Shown in pieces: positions 26,401 to 41,957 of a stretch of 64,000 nt of DNA. Position 1 is the first letter of the stretch. Every line of letters starts with the position of its first letter. Position numbers and translations under genes: made by a program. Source of the stretch: Utricularia gibba (Eukaryota > Plantae > Magnoliophyta); the NCBI GenBank assembly GCA_002189035.1, contig CM007990.1:5208001-5272000 (forward strand). The letters run 5' to 3'. Under the pieces are notes generated by a model. It was not told where the DNA came from, made no database searches, and saw nothing but the letters and a program-made list of their open reading frames with translations.

Positions 26401-26464
26401 TAGTTTCCGGATGCGATTTTTGGGTAACTAAAAGCTCAAAATATCTGTGTTTTGACGCCTGAAA

Positions 26465-28673
<2,209 letters not shown>

Positions 28674-28905
28674 TGGCGTTTTACAAAACTTACCACTTTG
28701 TTGATTCACTTACTGTGGATTAAGAAATCTTGGATGCTTCACAAAGCCGGGCAATGATCACTGGTTATATCCTCTGCGGTGTACAGTTTGTTTAATCACC
28801 ATGCCTTTTGAGCCTTACATCCGATGCTGTCTCTCTAGTACGGTGAAGAACATAAAGGAAACTAGCTGAATGAGATTTAAATCATGGAAAAAAGGTGGGG
28901 GTCGC

Positions 28906-29584
28906 TTACAAGCTCCCCATCATCTTCTCGGATATGTTGAACCGAAAAAGCCACGAAATCACCAGAAAAAATATCATAAAACCCAGAAGAAAATTCAGAA
29001 ACCTCCGGACAAAACTCTGAGTCTCCAGCGCTGTCGCCGCCGTGGGAGCGAATAAAGTATGAGGTGCAGCTGCGGGTTGCTGGCCAGATTCTTCGCAGAC
29101 GACGACATTTCTCGCCACAGCATTGCAGATTTCGCAAGTCCTGAAAAAATCATTACCAGTGAACAACAACGAACTCCAGCTGAGATTCGCGAAAACAATT
29201 GCTTTAGAATAGATGTTCTTTTTACTTGTTTCCTTTGATTTTGAACCAAGTTTCAGCACATTGTTTGTGGGCGGAACCCAAATCATCTTTACAAGAACAC
29301 CCCAGTTCAATAGCAACCCCAGAACCAGAACCAGGGCTACAGGTCACCAAACTCAAATGACAAATCCTGCAAATTCTTTCAATCTTTTGCATCTCCACCA
29401 TTTTCGCTGCCACTGGATCGCTAAACAATCCTCCAGACTCCAAATCCCTCTCTTCCGAACTGCAACCGCAATCTCCATCGGCTACGGAGTAGAAATGTGA
29501 ACTGCAAGAACCCCCATCTTCCTCGGAGAAACATGCATTTCCCTCCTCAGTCGCACAGCCGCACCCAAAATCTCTGTCAGCCAT
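28906..29584 (-). CDS. RING-CH (RINGv) type zinc-finger membrane protein (2 exons)
   Basis: CRICHL...IELGCSCKDDLGSAHKQCAETWFKIKGNK|TCEIC, followed by a hydrophobic RFLNFLLGFMIFFLVISWLF segment. Confidence 0.93.
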
Positions 29585-30155
29585 TTCTGCTGTAGCCCAC
29601 TACAAAACCCCGGTCTATGATTCAGTCTCTCATATCCTCATACATACTCGCGGAATAAAAATATTTCAAGTAGCAAAAGTTCATGGAAAAGGGGATTAGG
29701 TTGGCATTCAGGAACAACCCTGATGCCTGGAGCTCTACTTGTTGTGATTCTGCTGCACCTTTTCGGTAACCTGCCCACCAAAGAACACAAAAAAGGAAAA
29801 TGAGTGAAAGTGTAGCAGTTATGGATTTCTGGGAAGTGGAGTGGATAAACGAGACGAAGAGTTAGTTGAAAGAGCACTGCATGGTGCCTGCTAATCCTTC
29901 GATCCAGGACCAATTCAACATGTTAGTGTCAGGACTGGGCACAAGGGCGGTTCACTTTTTCTGCCACAACATCAGCTCATCTTTCAAGAAATCATTTTTA
30001 AGGCATTGGTTCGGATAAAAAGGAAGATGTGTAAATTAAACAGATCTCTATTTCTATTTCGGCCATTGAACTAATGCAAAGGCTGCATCGGAATCTAAAC
30101 ATTCCCTGCCGTTTTTGCACAGGCAGCTAAGGAGACCAACAACCGGAGACGAACG

Positions 30156-31404
30156 CTACAATGAAACACGCGCTGCGACCTCCGAGTCTGATCGGGTGAT
30201 GCTGTCTAATCCACTTCTTGCCCAAGCAACACTACTTATGTCTGCTGCTAATGCGGCTAGTTCATGGCAACTGAAGGGTGGAGATTCGGCATAGTCAGAA
30301 AACTCAGGACCAAGCAGCGAGCCTGCTGGGGATGCCTCATTCGGAGTTCTACAGCACCCATGACCACAATGGATAGGAACCAGTCGATCCCGATTCACTT
30401 CTTCAAGCAATCTGCAGATTCCTAAATTGATATTCGATATTTGGGGCGAAGATGACGAGCAGGTGGCGATTAGAGGGGGTGGAATAGCCTTAGCAGAGCC
30501 ACTGATTGGATTGTATACGCTGAAGGCACTAACTCGAGGAACCGGATGAGATATGGTATGCTGCCCGGATGATTCCTCGATGACTATATCCTTCTCTTGT
30601 TCCACCAAAGCGACATGATTTTCTTCAACAGACTTGAAAGAACCAGCTTCTCCATAAGATGGAGTTTCTTCAGAAGTTGGCCTTGGTTGTTCACTGCCTG
30701 CACCATCTTCCATGGCAGTCCTGGTTTCCAACTTGGGCTTCAGAAAATCCCCACATCGGCGTCTTAATGTTGAATTCCAATGGTTCTTGATAGCGTTGTC
30801 TGTTCTTCCTGGAAATAGCCTCGCAATCGAGGCCCATTTATTTCCATGAATAGCGTGAGCTTCGATTATCATCCGATCTTCTTCCTCTGAAAAATGTTCA
30901 ACACCCACCATATACTGAGAGCACACACAAAGTAAACACAAGCAAGATACAATGTAATGTACTAATATTTGACATGATTCACATTCCCTCACACTAAGCT
31001 ACCAATCAAGCATGCACAACAGGTCTAATACAATGGCTATGAGTTAATCTGTAACATGATCTTCGAATCCACAGAAAAATGAGCACAAATATCAATACAC
31101 TAAACACTTAACCAACCGAATTTATACGTTCGACAAATTAAAGGTTACCCGTAAATGGCTTTCGTTTAACCGAAGGATCGAGCTGATTACACCACCGGAG
31201 GCGGCAGGATTTTCCCGACCTGCCGGGAATTCCACGGGCAATGAGACTCCAATTCCGAGGCCCAAAATTGCTCACGAGTTGACTCAACAACGCGTCCTCA
31301 TCCGGTGACCATGGTCCTTTAACTCGGTCGTGAGCTCTTTTATTCATTGGGGCACGGCCGCCGATCACCACCGGCGCGCCATGTTCCTTCGATTCCATTT
31401 CCAT
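30156..31404 (-). CDS. R2R3-MYB transcription factor, MYB1/25/109-like (2 exons)
   Basis: [14 protein letters not shown]...[25 protein letters not shown]|[39 protein letters not shown], plus C-terminal CGHGCC and SLLGPEF motifs. Confidence 0.95.
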
Positions 31405-32464
31405 CCAATATTTTTGACTCTTTGAAGACTACGACTGCAACAGTTGGCAGTTGATGGAAATTCACTAGGGTTAAGGCGAAGAGTTGCTAGCGTAGCGAAT
31501 AACGACCGACTTTAGGGCCAAAACGACGCCGTATATTATTGTGGACAGAGCTGGGCTGGGTAAGCCCATTAGCAAATAGTAGAAACTTACAATCTTACTG
31601 GAAACCAACCACGGACCACCACGTGGAGAGATCTCGCCCATTCGTGAAGTTTATTCCGCGTCAGGTTGATCCCACGGTCCGTATTGCTCTGCTCCTGTCA
31701 GTCCAACGCCTCTCCCTTGTACATACAGATGACGCTCCTTGATCACGATCGTCAGCTCCAGAGCACGGCGCCATCCTCGACACTCTCAAAGTGACCCTGA
31801 TACTCGGTAAAGTCAAGGTTGAAACGCCCAAATACGAGGTTCGATCAAACCTTTTTGTTAGAATGTAATCCGGAAGTGTCCGCCGGCGGTGATCGCGGGA
31901 GTTACATACGATCCCGCCGACTTTAAATCCGGCAAAGACGGCGGATTCACTCTCTTCGACGATTACATTGGTGCCTTCAGGAAGGAGAAGAATATAAAAC
32001 CCGAGCCCGTTGCCATGACGGCTCGCTGCCGACGAAGACCTCGGAGAATGTAGCGATGACGTTGCCGGTGGACCGGTGGCTACGAAGGACGGAAGAGAAC
32101 TGATGAAGACAACTTTTGTATTGCCGCCAAATTACACAACGGCTGCGACTGCGCATATGCCGCTAGATGGTAGAGTGCTGATTAGGGAAGAGGAGGCGAA
32201 GAAGTACGCGGCGGAGAGGTTCAGTGTGGTGGCGCGTGAGTACGTGATTGCTGAGAAGGGAAAGACGCTTAGGACATATTTGGAAGGAGATTTTGTCACT
32301 TGTTTTGGATGTGTTGCACGAATGATCCAAGTCAGATGAACTCTATATAGGCTTCGTATAGGTCCAGATAGCGCAATGTACAAACCTTGTCAGCCCAGGA
32401 ACAGCCTCTCTGCACACACAGTTTCTTGGTTCTTTCTTTTCACAAAAACCTTGTGTGTTACGTA

Positions 32465-35158
32465 TTATTGTGAAGCAACAGCTACCCTCTGTGGCCTTCT
32501 TACACCAAGAAGCTGTTCTTTCTTCTTCTTCTGCTGCTGCTGTCTGTCACACACACAGCCAGGGTAAGGATTCGCGTAGAAATTCTCCTCTAGTCTTGGC
32601 ACATGCCCTGCTTTTCTTTGATACGGTGCACCAGTTCTGTTGTGGTGCAACTGCTTCACCTTCGAAGCCAACTCTTCCCACGAAATCGCGCCGTCATCGA
32701 ATGAGTCGATCAGGCGAACGAAGTTGAACCTGCAACCATCACACCATGATCCTTATTCCTGGAAATCATGCTGTTTTCTGTGCTTATCTGTGTATGAACA
32801 TACCGGTCTGGGTTGATTGTCCGTTTGAATCCCTCGAACCGCCGATGCCCCTGAACCGCTTTGGCCATGTTGCCATCGTAGGTGTAGAAGAAGACATCGC
32901 TATCCAGTGCTACAATGTGGTCCAAGGCAGCCAGGCGGTTTTGGTACCTGAGGAAAGGCTCCAACTCCAGTGCAGTTGCAAGTGTGGAATGGGAGAACAC
33001 ATTCGGATACTCCTGTCGGAGCCCGTCGATGCTGTTTCGGCCGTAGATTTCACCGGCGACGATGTAGATCTTCGTAGATTTCGGGTACTCCATGGCCTTG
33101 AGGAACAGAGCGGCCTCTCTGGGAGACATGGGGCATCCTCCCTGCAACCTTTTTTCTCTGCTATCGATCGCTTTTTCCTTCCAATGTTTCACTTTGTACC
33201 TCATTTCACGAAGCTCCCTGATCTCAGTAGCAGTCAAGTTATGGTCGCAGCCAGTGAACGCAAGCATATCCTTTTCATACCTGATTGAAGTTTTCGAGCT
33301 GGGATAAGTTTCTCAACAGATGAAACCACTGGTGTATAGCTGATAGTACCTCAGGTGGAGAGCAATGTAAGGTTCCCCGTCACCTCTCAACCTCTCAACT
33401 AATCTCTTGCCCAGCTCTTCGATCTCCGGCGTGTAGCGAAGAGCTTCGTAATTCGCGCGACACCTCAACTTTTGGATAGACGGCGCAAGTGCGTTGTTCG
33501 CGAGACGTGAATCTGTGTGTGTGAATTTGATCACCTTGTGCTTCTTCAGCAAAGGAAGAATCTCATGTCGGTAGTAACTGGCCTGTGTAGCAAAGAATCA
33601 AACTTGCAACAGCGAAACAATACCCAGAAAATATTGGTAGAAGATCTGCGAAAGCAACACCTTAGACCAAGAGACGGGTGCTTTGACGAAGGGTTTCATC
33701 GACGAGAACTCTGGAGGCAACTTCTCGGTGATCTTGATGTCGCTCTTCAGAACATGAATGAAATGTCTCCAATCAAAGATATCCTTGAAATCACTGGTGA
33801 AACGACAGAGTTGTGTAAGATGTAAGAGAACACAGAGGCTCTGGATCATTTGAAAGATAACCTTGGATCAGTCCAGAAGCTCTCATGATCAAGAGATGGT
33901 AGAACCAGAGTGGCGTTCATAATCTTTGCTACTGCAACCATATCGCATATCTGAGAGTAAAGAGAAAAAAACCCAGATGCTAGACGAGTGGAATTGATCA
34001 AAATCGCCACATACTATCAGGAAAGAACCTCGCTTACCCCTGTTCTCATTTGATTCAGTCCTCCATTAGCATGAACTAGAAGATAGCCATTGCTTACATA
34101 TTCAGCATCTGCGGACGTTGCAAAGTGGTTTCACTTGTACAAAATTTAACACGAAACGATCACTTGAGAAGGAAGTTCTCTGTTTACCCATTCTGTTTCC
34201 CTTCCGAGCAATGCATTTGTAGAAGTTATCACTGTTGGGTTTCATCCATAACTCCGAAACCTCCTAAAAGAAAATCCCAGGAATCAGAACGGAAACAGAA
34301 AAAGCCCCTGATATCTCTTTTTTTTACTGTATTTTTCCGGCGGTAACTGCAACAAAATGGACGTGGACTACTGGTCTGGGGAAAGTCGCAGAAGAAAACT
34401 AAAATATAGTGGAAATTTCAACCCCATCGTAGAAGTCCACGCCCACTAACACCTCGTGGGAAATTGAGAAACTGAAAATTAATGCAATTAATGAACAGAG
34501 AATTCATCTCTTCTTTCCCAGCTCCAACCATTTTTTCAATCATGAAATTCTGAACAAAAAAGTAGGTTGAATTTCAACTCACCGGAAACTGCGTCATCTT
34601 CCGTATCAGCGGAGCAACGGGGGTAGAAGGTTCTGAATTGGAAAGCGCCTTCTGCGCCATGGAAAAGAAGTTGTAATTGAAACTGTGTATGAACATAATC
34701 TCGTTCTCCCTTCCGGCGATTCTTTTCCCGACGACGTCGGGTTTGGGACATTTACGACCGCCATGAATCAAAAAAGAGAATTTAAAAACCGCCGAAACCA
34801 CCAGCATCAACAGAAGAAACGTGAACAGGGAACGCTCCACGTTTTTCCTCAACGAATTTGTACCCCACGACGCGTTCACCCAACATCTCTCCACCCACAC
34901 AACCCAATTATCCGGTATCCTTTTTCGCGTAAAAGGATACCTCGTGACGGCGAAAAGGTGAAGATTGTGACTACATTCGATGTCCCGGAACGTTGCCTCT
35001 TCACCCTCCAACACCATCGGCGCGTGCTCCCCTGACTTCTCCTCGTCGCTCAACTCCGCCGCCCTGCGGCGGTAATGGGCCGTCGTCGTCAGCATTTGGG
35101 CCACCGAATGTATCGGCGATTCTCCGTTCGGCATGCGCTCTGTAGACGGTACATACAT
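32465..35158 (-). CDS. O-fucosyltransferase (GT106/DUF246) family protein, type II membrane
   Basis: N-terminal TM segment, then [106 protein letters not shown] and [11 protein letters not shown]. Confidence 0.94.
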
Positions 35159-37974
35159 ATATACCCGCAAACCCCACTTCAGAATCGACTCAAAAAGACA
35201 GAATCAAGATCGGAAAATAGAGAACGAAATTGTGCATTCTTTGATTCTGTGTCTTCTCCCAGACATTCGCATACACGATATATAGAGAGAGAGATATGCA
35301 TCTTCAATGAAGAAGCCACAGAAATCCACCCAAAAAAAAAAAAAAAAAACACACACACAGTACCGTGTGAGGGAGGTGGCGATCTTCGCCCTGGACGGTC
35401 AAAAAAAAGTTTTACCATAAACGATTTTTCCAATTTGACTTGTAACTAACAACCTCGGTAATTACTCAGTTACCTTTTTACTGCACCGACGGTTAATTCT
35501 TCACACCATTTTCCACCCAACCTCATTAACATATTATATACAAGATCCTATCAATCCCTCCAATAACCTTTTTTTATCTTGACAATGCTGCAATAACACA
35601 TTTCTTTTTATACAATAGATATTAGGCTGCTCTTAATTTTCTTAAAAATAATTACTTTTATAAAAATATTAATTGAATAATTTTTAAATCATGATGAAAT
35701 ACAAACCTATATTTCATGGTTTTGAAAGCTAATATATTCTTTATATTATAAAAAAATTCTTTTCGGCTATCGGTTTTATATTATTTTACTATAAATAAAT
35801 AAATTCTCCATATTATAAATATTGGAGTTTTAGTAATATTATACTAACATTTTGGTAATCTTTCATTAAAAAAATTATTTATATTTGATGGATATTTTAA
35901 TTATATGGTCTACATATCCAATAATATAATTTCTAATAAAACATGTGATAATAAATCTTTTCTTAAAATAACATATTTCTATAATCACATTTATTTTGGG
36001 GCATGATTAAAACCTAGAGCCCTAATAGTTTATGTTGTGTAGATGAAATTATGTACCAAAGAATGATAACATCCGTAACATGCCCCGTCTAGCAATTTAA
36101 TATGTCATGGGAGACGGTTGAACCAACAATTGGTGGCACTATGAATCCACAATGAAAACCTTGTGGAATAAAATAAGTAACTATAGGATTTAGTGACCAT
36201 AATTGCACGTTTCGAAATACATTGTGATATCACGTGGCGGCTCATCATATGATACTCTCCATATGTTATCATAAAATTAAACACTTTTTGAAATTTCACG
36301 TGGCATGAGCTGCTCATTAATGATGTTTATTCATATAATAATGAAATAAAAACATTAAAGATGCTCCATAGGATAAAAATGTTATGAAATTAAAGTAAAT
36401 TAAGGAAGGGGTGTCGCATTTGTTATTATATCATGTTATTTGACTTTGTTTTAGAAACTGTTATGTTTTTAAATATGAACGATTTTTATTTATAAAAATT
36501 TAAAAAAAAGACAAATTTTTATCGAATGAATTTATGAAAATAATAATTGGTTTTGTTGATGTAAAAGGGGAGACCAAGCACGCACCAAAATGAAGCCTTA
36601 AATGAGAGAATTGTAGGTTATTAGAAGAAGGAAGAGTGATAGCGACGTGGGCTGTTTTCTGTTTTACTGGCTCTCATAAGATGACGTGGCACACCCGCAA
36701 TTACGTTTTTACCCCGAAGTTCGGTGCCCCTAGGAACAGTACCTGCTTTATTTCCAAATATGGTCCAGTGGTACGGTTTCATAATTAAAACCTTATTCAT
36801 ATGTGAAAATATTTCTTGTATTATTAATTAATTTATTAAAGAATTACAATTTCCCTATTTAACCAGCCATAAAATTGACTCTTTTTTTTTTTGTATGTGA
36901 GAAGTGTGTTAAGCATTAAATGATGCTTCTCTATTCAACTTCCCTTACAGTGGAGTTTTTGTTTTCAAAATGTGTTAGATTTCAATTAAGAGCAGTGTAT
37001 GCATTAATTAAACACTGAAAATACATTTAGTAGGTGTTAAATTTCCTTTTTAATAAGATGTTTAATTTATTTGTGATTATATAAAAGTCTGATTAATTTA
37101 TGTAAAAGTAAAATATTTAAGAAAACTTAGATGTGTTTGGTAGGCGACTACAAAATGATTTAGGGAATGTTTAATAGGTCGTTTTTATTATTTAAACACA
37201 AATATGTAAAATTTACGTAATAAACAAACTTTTAATCTTAATTACACAATACTTATTATCTAAATACAAATAACTCAAACACAATATTAATTAAACTACC
37301 ATATCAAAATGTCCTAATTATTACTTACATTATTTTCTAACTAAAAATGGCGGATGAGAGGAAATCTTTTATTTTATTTTATTTATTTGCAGTAGTAGAG
37401 TAATCGTATTGTTTCAATTATGGAAAACCTCTTCATTAAAACTATATAATTTTGTTACGATTAACGTATGTTATTTGCGTGGGTGGTGGGTCACAGTCTT
37501 GAAGGGGGATTTGGACAAGGGTGCACCGGGATGGCAACTGTCTGTTAATGGCGATTATAAGTTGGGCCGCCTAATCAATCATTTAACTGGGGCAGTTACG
37601 AAGTGAATCCCTCTCCTAATCCATATGTAGAATGGGGAAGTTTGCTATCAAAACCTGTTTCCGTAACGATATAATTTTTAGTTATGTTTGGAACAACTTC
37701 TGTTAAGGACATGTCCAAAACGTGCCCATTTTTGCACCCTGTGATAAACGATTGTGGGTCATGTTATTTAGGGCAGTGTCTTGGCTTAATGTTCAAAACT
37801 TACCTACCGTGCTATATTTGGGACATGTGGTTTAAGTTTCAATTCAGGAGTCGTGTCTTGGGTCTTGTGGGCCACGTTGTTGTGATACATTGATGACGAG
37901 TCCGGTTGACGCGCCTGGGATCCCGTGTCCTGGGGATTGTTTTCAGTACGGCTGCGAGGGGCGGTGTCGGAGAA

Positions 37975-38648
<674 letters not shown>

Positions 38649-40065
38649 GGTAAAAATCCTGAAACTTACCTACTAGAGATTCCAAATTTTAAGCTTTATA
38701 CCCGGTGGTTGTGCTGCCCTACGGTTGGTTACGGTGTTTTTTTTTTTCGGTTTTGCATATTAAAGATTCATTCCAGCCTATGGTGAATCGAATTCTCAAG
38801 TCCGGTGATCTTGACCACCTTTATGGTGCATAGTGACATTCCAATAGCATGCTTTTTATTCAATGCCGATTATGGCCAATCCCCAATTGAGTTTTCGTTG
38901 GTTAACCTTTCTATGATGACTCGCCTCTTCTATGTTCAGTCATTCTTATGGTTGTTGCCGGTGAAAGATCCTAAAGCCCATTTTCTATTAGTGGAGAAAA
39001 CCTACTATGTTACCTTCATTCTGATCACAACCACACATCTGTTTCTTGCATCCCGTTCTCATTGCATGCTAAAATGGAACCAAATGAGTTCGGTGCATAT
39101 GCGTGCACATGGAACACAGCTGAGTCTTTATCTTCCATCCGATCCTCTGCTGAAATGCAGCTTCCTGTTTGCTTGTTTTGCAGAGATGCGGCAATGGGGC
39201 AGTCCTGGTGATCTGCTGCGGCGCCTCGTTGGCTTGTTTCTTTGATTTGTGAACCGTGTTTGTGATATGCTTCTTTCGTCTCTGGACGCATGCTTTCATT
39301 TCCAAGCCTTGATCCATACATTCAGATTGCCTTCGACCCACGCATTCACAAAGAAACGTGATTTTTCTTAAAAGTTGAAAAACAAAACCTTTTCATATCA
39401 TCTTCAATCTCGTAGAAATTTTAGATTTTTTTAAATAAAATATTTTCGAAAAATTTATAAAGTTTGTTCTTTTTTATAAAAAAATGTATTCGAAATTTTC
39501 TGAGGTTTGGGTTGGGTGTATAAGATGGCTCAATTCATAACAGCCCAATTAGACAATATAGGCCCACTAGAAGGTGTCCGGCCCAATTCGTTGCGGCATT
39601 AATCTCTCTCTCTCTATTTACTATTAGATGCGGCAAAATCTCCACGGTGTGTTGTGTTCTTGTGTAATCGTATCTTTAGGGTTTTGTGCTATTCGCAACT
39701 GCTCGAACTTTCCGGTAATGCATTTTCGTTGCTTATAGTTTTTCTCCTTTTTTATTTTGTGGATGTATGCTCTTTTGTATGCATACATGAATGTGAATTT
39801 TTAGTGTGCGCGGAGAATTTCCCTGTGTTTTTCTGATTTGTCGGTTTATATTTTCGTTGATTTCTTCGCGGGATGATTAATTTGTAGTGGGTTATAAAAT
39901 TATAGATTAAGGTTTCGTTGATTTCTGTAATGATCTGTGGCTTTATGCCACTGTTACCAGTTTACGTGAACCAGGTGTTTGTGTGTGTGTGCGTGTGTTG
40001 ATTGTATTTTCCGGGATATCTTGGATCAATTGTTTCATAATAGTTTAGTTTTTTTTCAGAGGAAG

Positions 40066-41654
40066 ATGCTGCAGATTCGGCTAAGCAAGCCGGCCACAGA
40101 TGCTGGTGGGAGTGTTAAACCTGGGCCCACGGAGTCAGTCAATGTTGCATGCCCAGGTCATCTTGTCTTAGCGGACCTTCCTGTGGCGAAGAGTTTAGGT
40201 ACACCGTTTTCCGGTGCTGTTGTTAAAAATGTTGGCCGAAGATCACGTCGGCAGCTTGGAGAACGTGTACATATCTGTGTGCAGTGTGAATTTCCTATTG
40301 CTATTTATGGCCGTCTGGTAATGCTTCATGTCTTTCTGCAGTATTTATCGTTCGAATTTTATAGCATTTCGTTTTTTGTAACAGTCTCTTGTTCTTGCAG
40401 AGTCCCTGTGAACATGCCTTCTGTCTGGACTGTGCCAGGAGTGACTTTGTGTGCTACCTGTAAGGCGCATTTGCTTCTTTATTCATTGGTCAGATGCTAT
40501 CTGTTGCCAAATCTAACTCATTGTTGTTTTTGTCTGGTCCTTGAAATTTACAGCTGCCATGAGCGCATTCAAAAGATCCAGACGATCAAAATGATGGAGG
40601 GACTCTTCATCTGTGCAGCCCTCACTGTCTCAAGTCTTTTTTAAAGAAGAGTGATTTTGAGTTTCATATTAATGAGAAGCATTCTGATCTTCTTCGCCAT
40701 GGTAAGGAAAAAGAAGGAAATGATTTTGAGGCTACCAGCTCCAGGAAACTTTCGGCTTCTGATTCTACTGTGCAAACACCTGCAAGATCAGTTTTTTCTC
40801 CTGGCTCAAAGTCCCAGAATCAAGATTATGACGAGAAATCACAGCGTGCCCAGGTTATTGAGCAGCAAAATCCTAGATCATCCTTGCAAATAAAACCGTC
40901 ACAACCCTTTTCTACACAGTTTCCAAATCATCCATATGCGCAACACCCTGACATCAATCAGTACCAAGTCCCTGATAGAGCAACTTACGGGAGTTTCCCT
41001 CCGCAAAGTTTTGGTCCCAACAGTGGTACGCAATTTGGTTCAAGTCAGATTTTTTCCCCTTATACATGGGATTCCAAAATGTGTTTCTTGATCTAATGAC
41101 CGATTTCTTCTGTACCAGTTAATCAAAATCCAACGGTGCCACCACATCAATATCCTTATGGTCTGTATTCATCTGATGTCGCACAACATTATGGTGGAGC
41201 TCCGCATGACTTGTCGAGGTCTGATTCTGCAACTGAGGCTGCACAGGGACAGGGTCCTTTGTCAAGTTACCAGCATGGCCCTTCTGGACACAGAATGAAT
41301 GTTGCACAAAACTATCCTCAGAATTGGAACTTAGGACCTACTTCGAAGGGTTTGGAACCACCTCTGGCTTCTCAAAGTGCCAATACCCTGCCTTTTGATC
41401 CACAAGGAAAAGGATTTTTCGCAATGGATTATGCACAAAATATGGAGGCCAGGCAAGGTGGAAGGACTGTAGATCCACGGGATGGAAATAGAGTACACCC
41501 CTTGTCTCGTCACCCGTTACCTTCTCTGCCGCAGCCCTACTTGGTACAAACTCAACGTGGTAGATCATTCCCTAGTGACGGAAGTCATGATGCGCCTCCA
41601 GGCTTTGGATGGCAGCCTGAAAGACGTGATAGCTTTGGACATGAACTGGACTGA
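40066..41654 (+). CDS. HAKAI: E3 ubiquitin ligase HAKAI homologue (m6A writer complex subunit); apparent 1-bp frameshift at 40619-40621
   Basis: MLQIRLSK, VACPGHLVLADLPVAKSLG, VGRRSRRQLGERVHICVQCEFPIAIYGRLSPCEHAFCLDCARSDFVCYLCHERIQKIQTIKMMEGLFICAA(P)HCLKSFLK. Confidence 0.95.
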
Positions 41655-41957
41655 CTCTGCAATGTCGGATGCCTGTAAGAAATATGGCCTCTTTAATCTT
41701 TCAGAGGATGTTACTTAGATTAAGGCATGCAGGTTTGGTGTTCGCTCTTTATTGCTTGTGAACACGATAGTTTATACATTGAAGGTGCTTACATTCTTAC
41801 AATCTGCTTTTGACATTCTCTAACTCACGTAGAGGAGGCTGAACTATTTGTGCCTGTGGGGGGTGAAGCAGCAAACCAACCAAAACACAAGAGCAAGCTG
41901 AAAAAACACAGTGGGGGTGGAGAACTTTGTCCATCAGCTTGATTTTACCTCTGATCT

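Noticed and set aside
37130-37310. GATGTGTTTGGTAG Tourist-like TIR
   Set aside because: No convincing partner TIR or TSD found.
37409-37930. G-rich start and short ORFs suggesting a telomerase RNA or small gene
   Set aside because: No template, USE or TATA arrangement, and the ORFs are unrecognisable.
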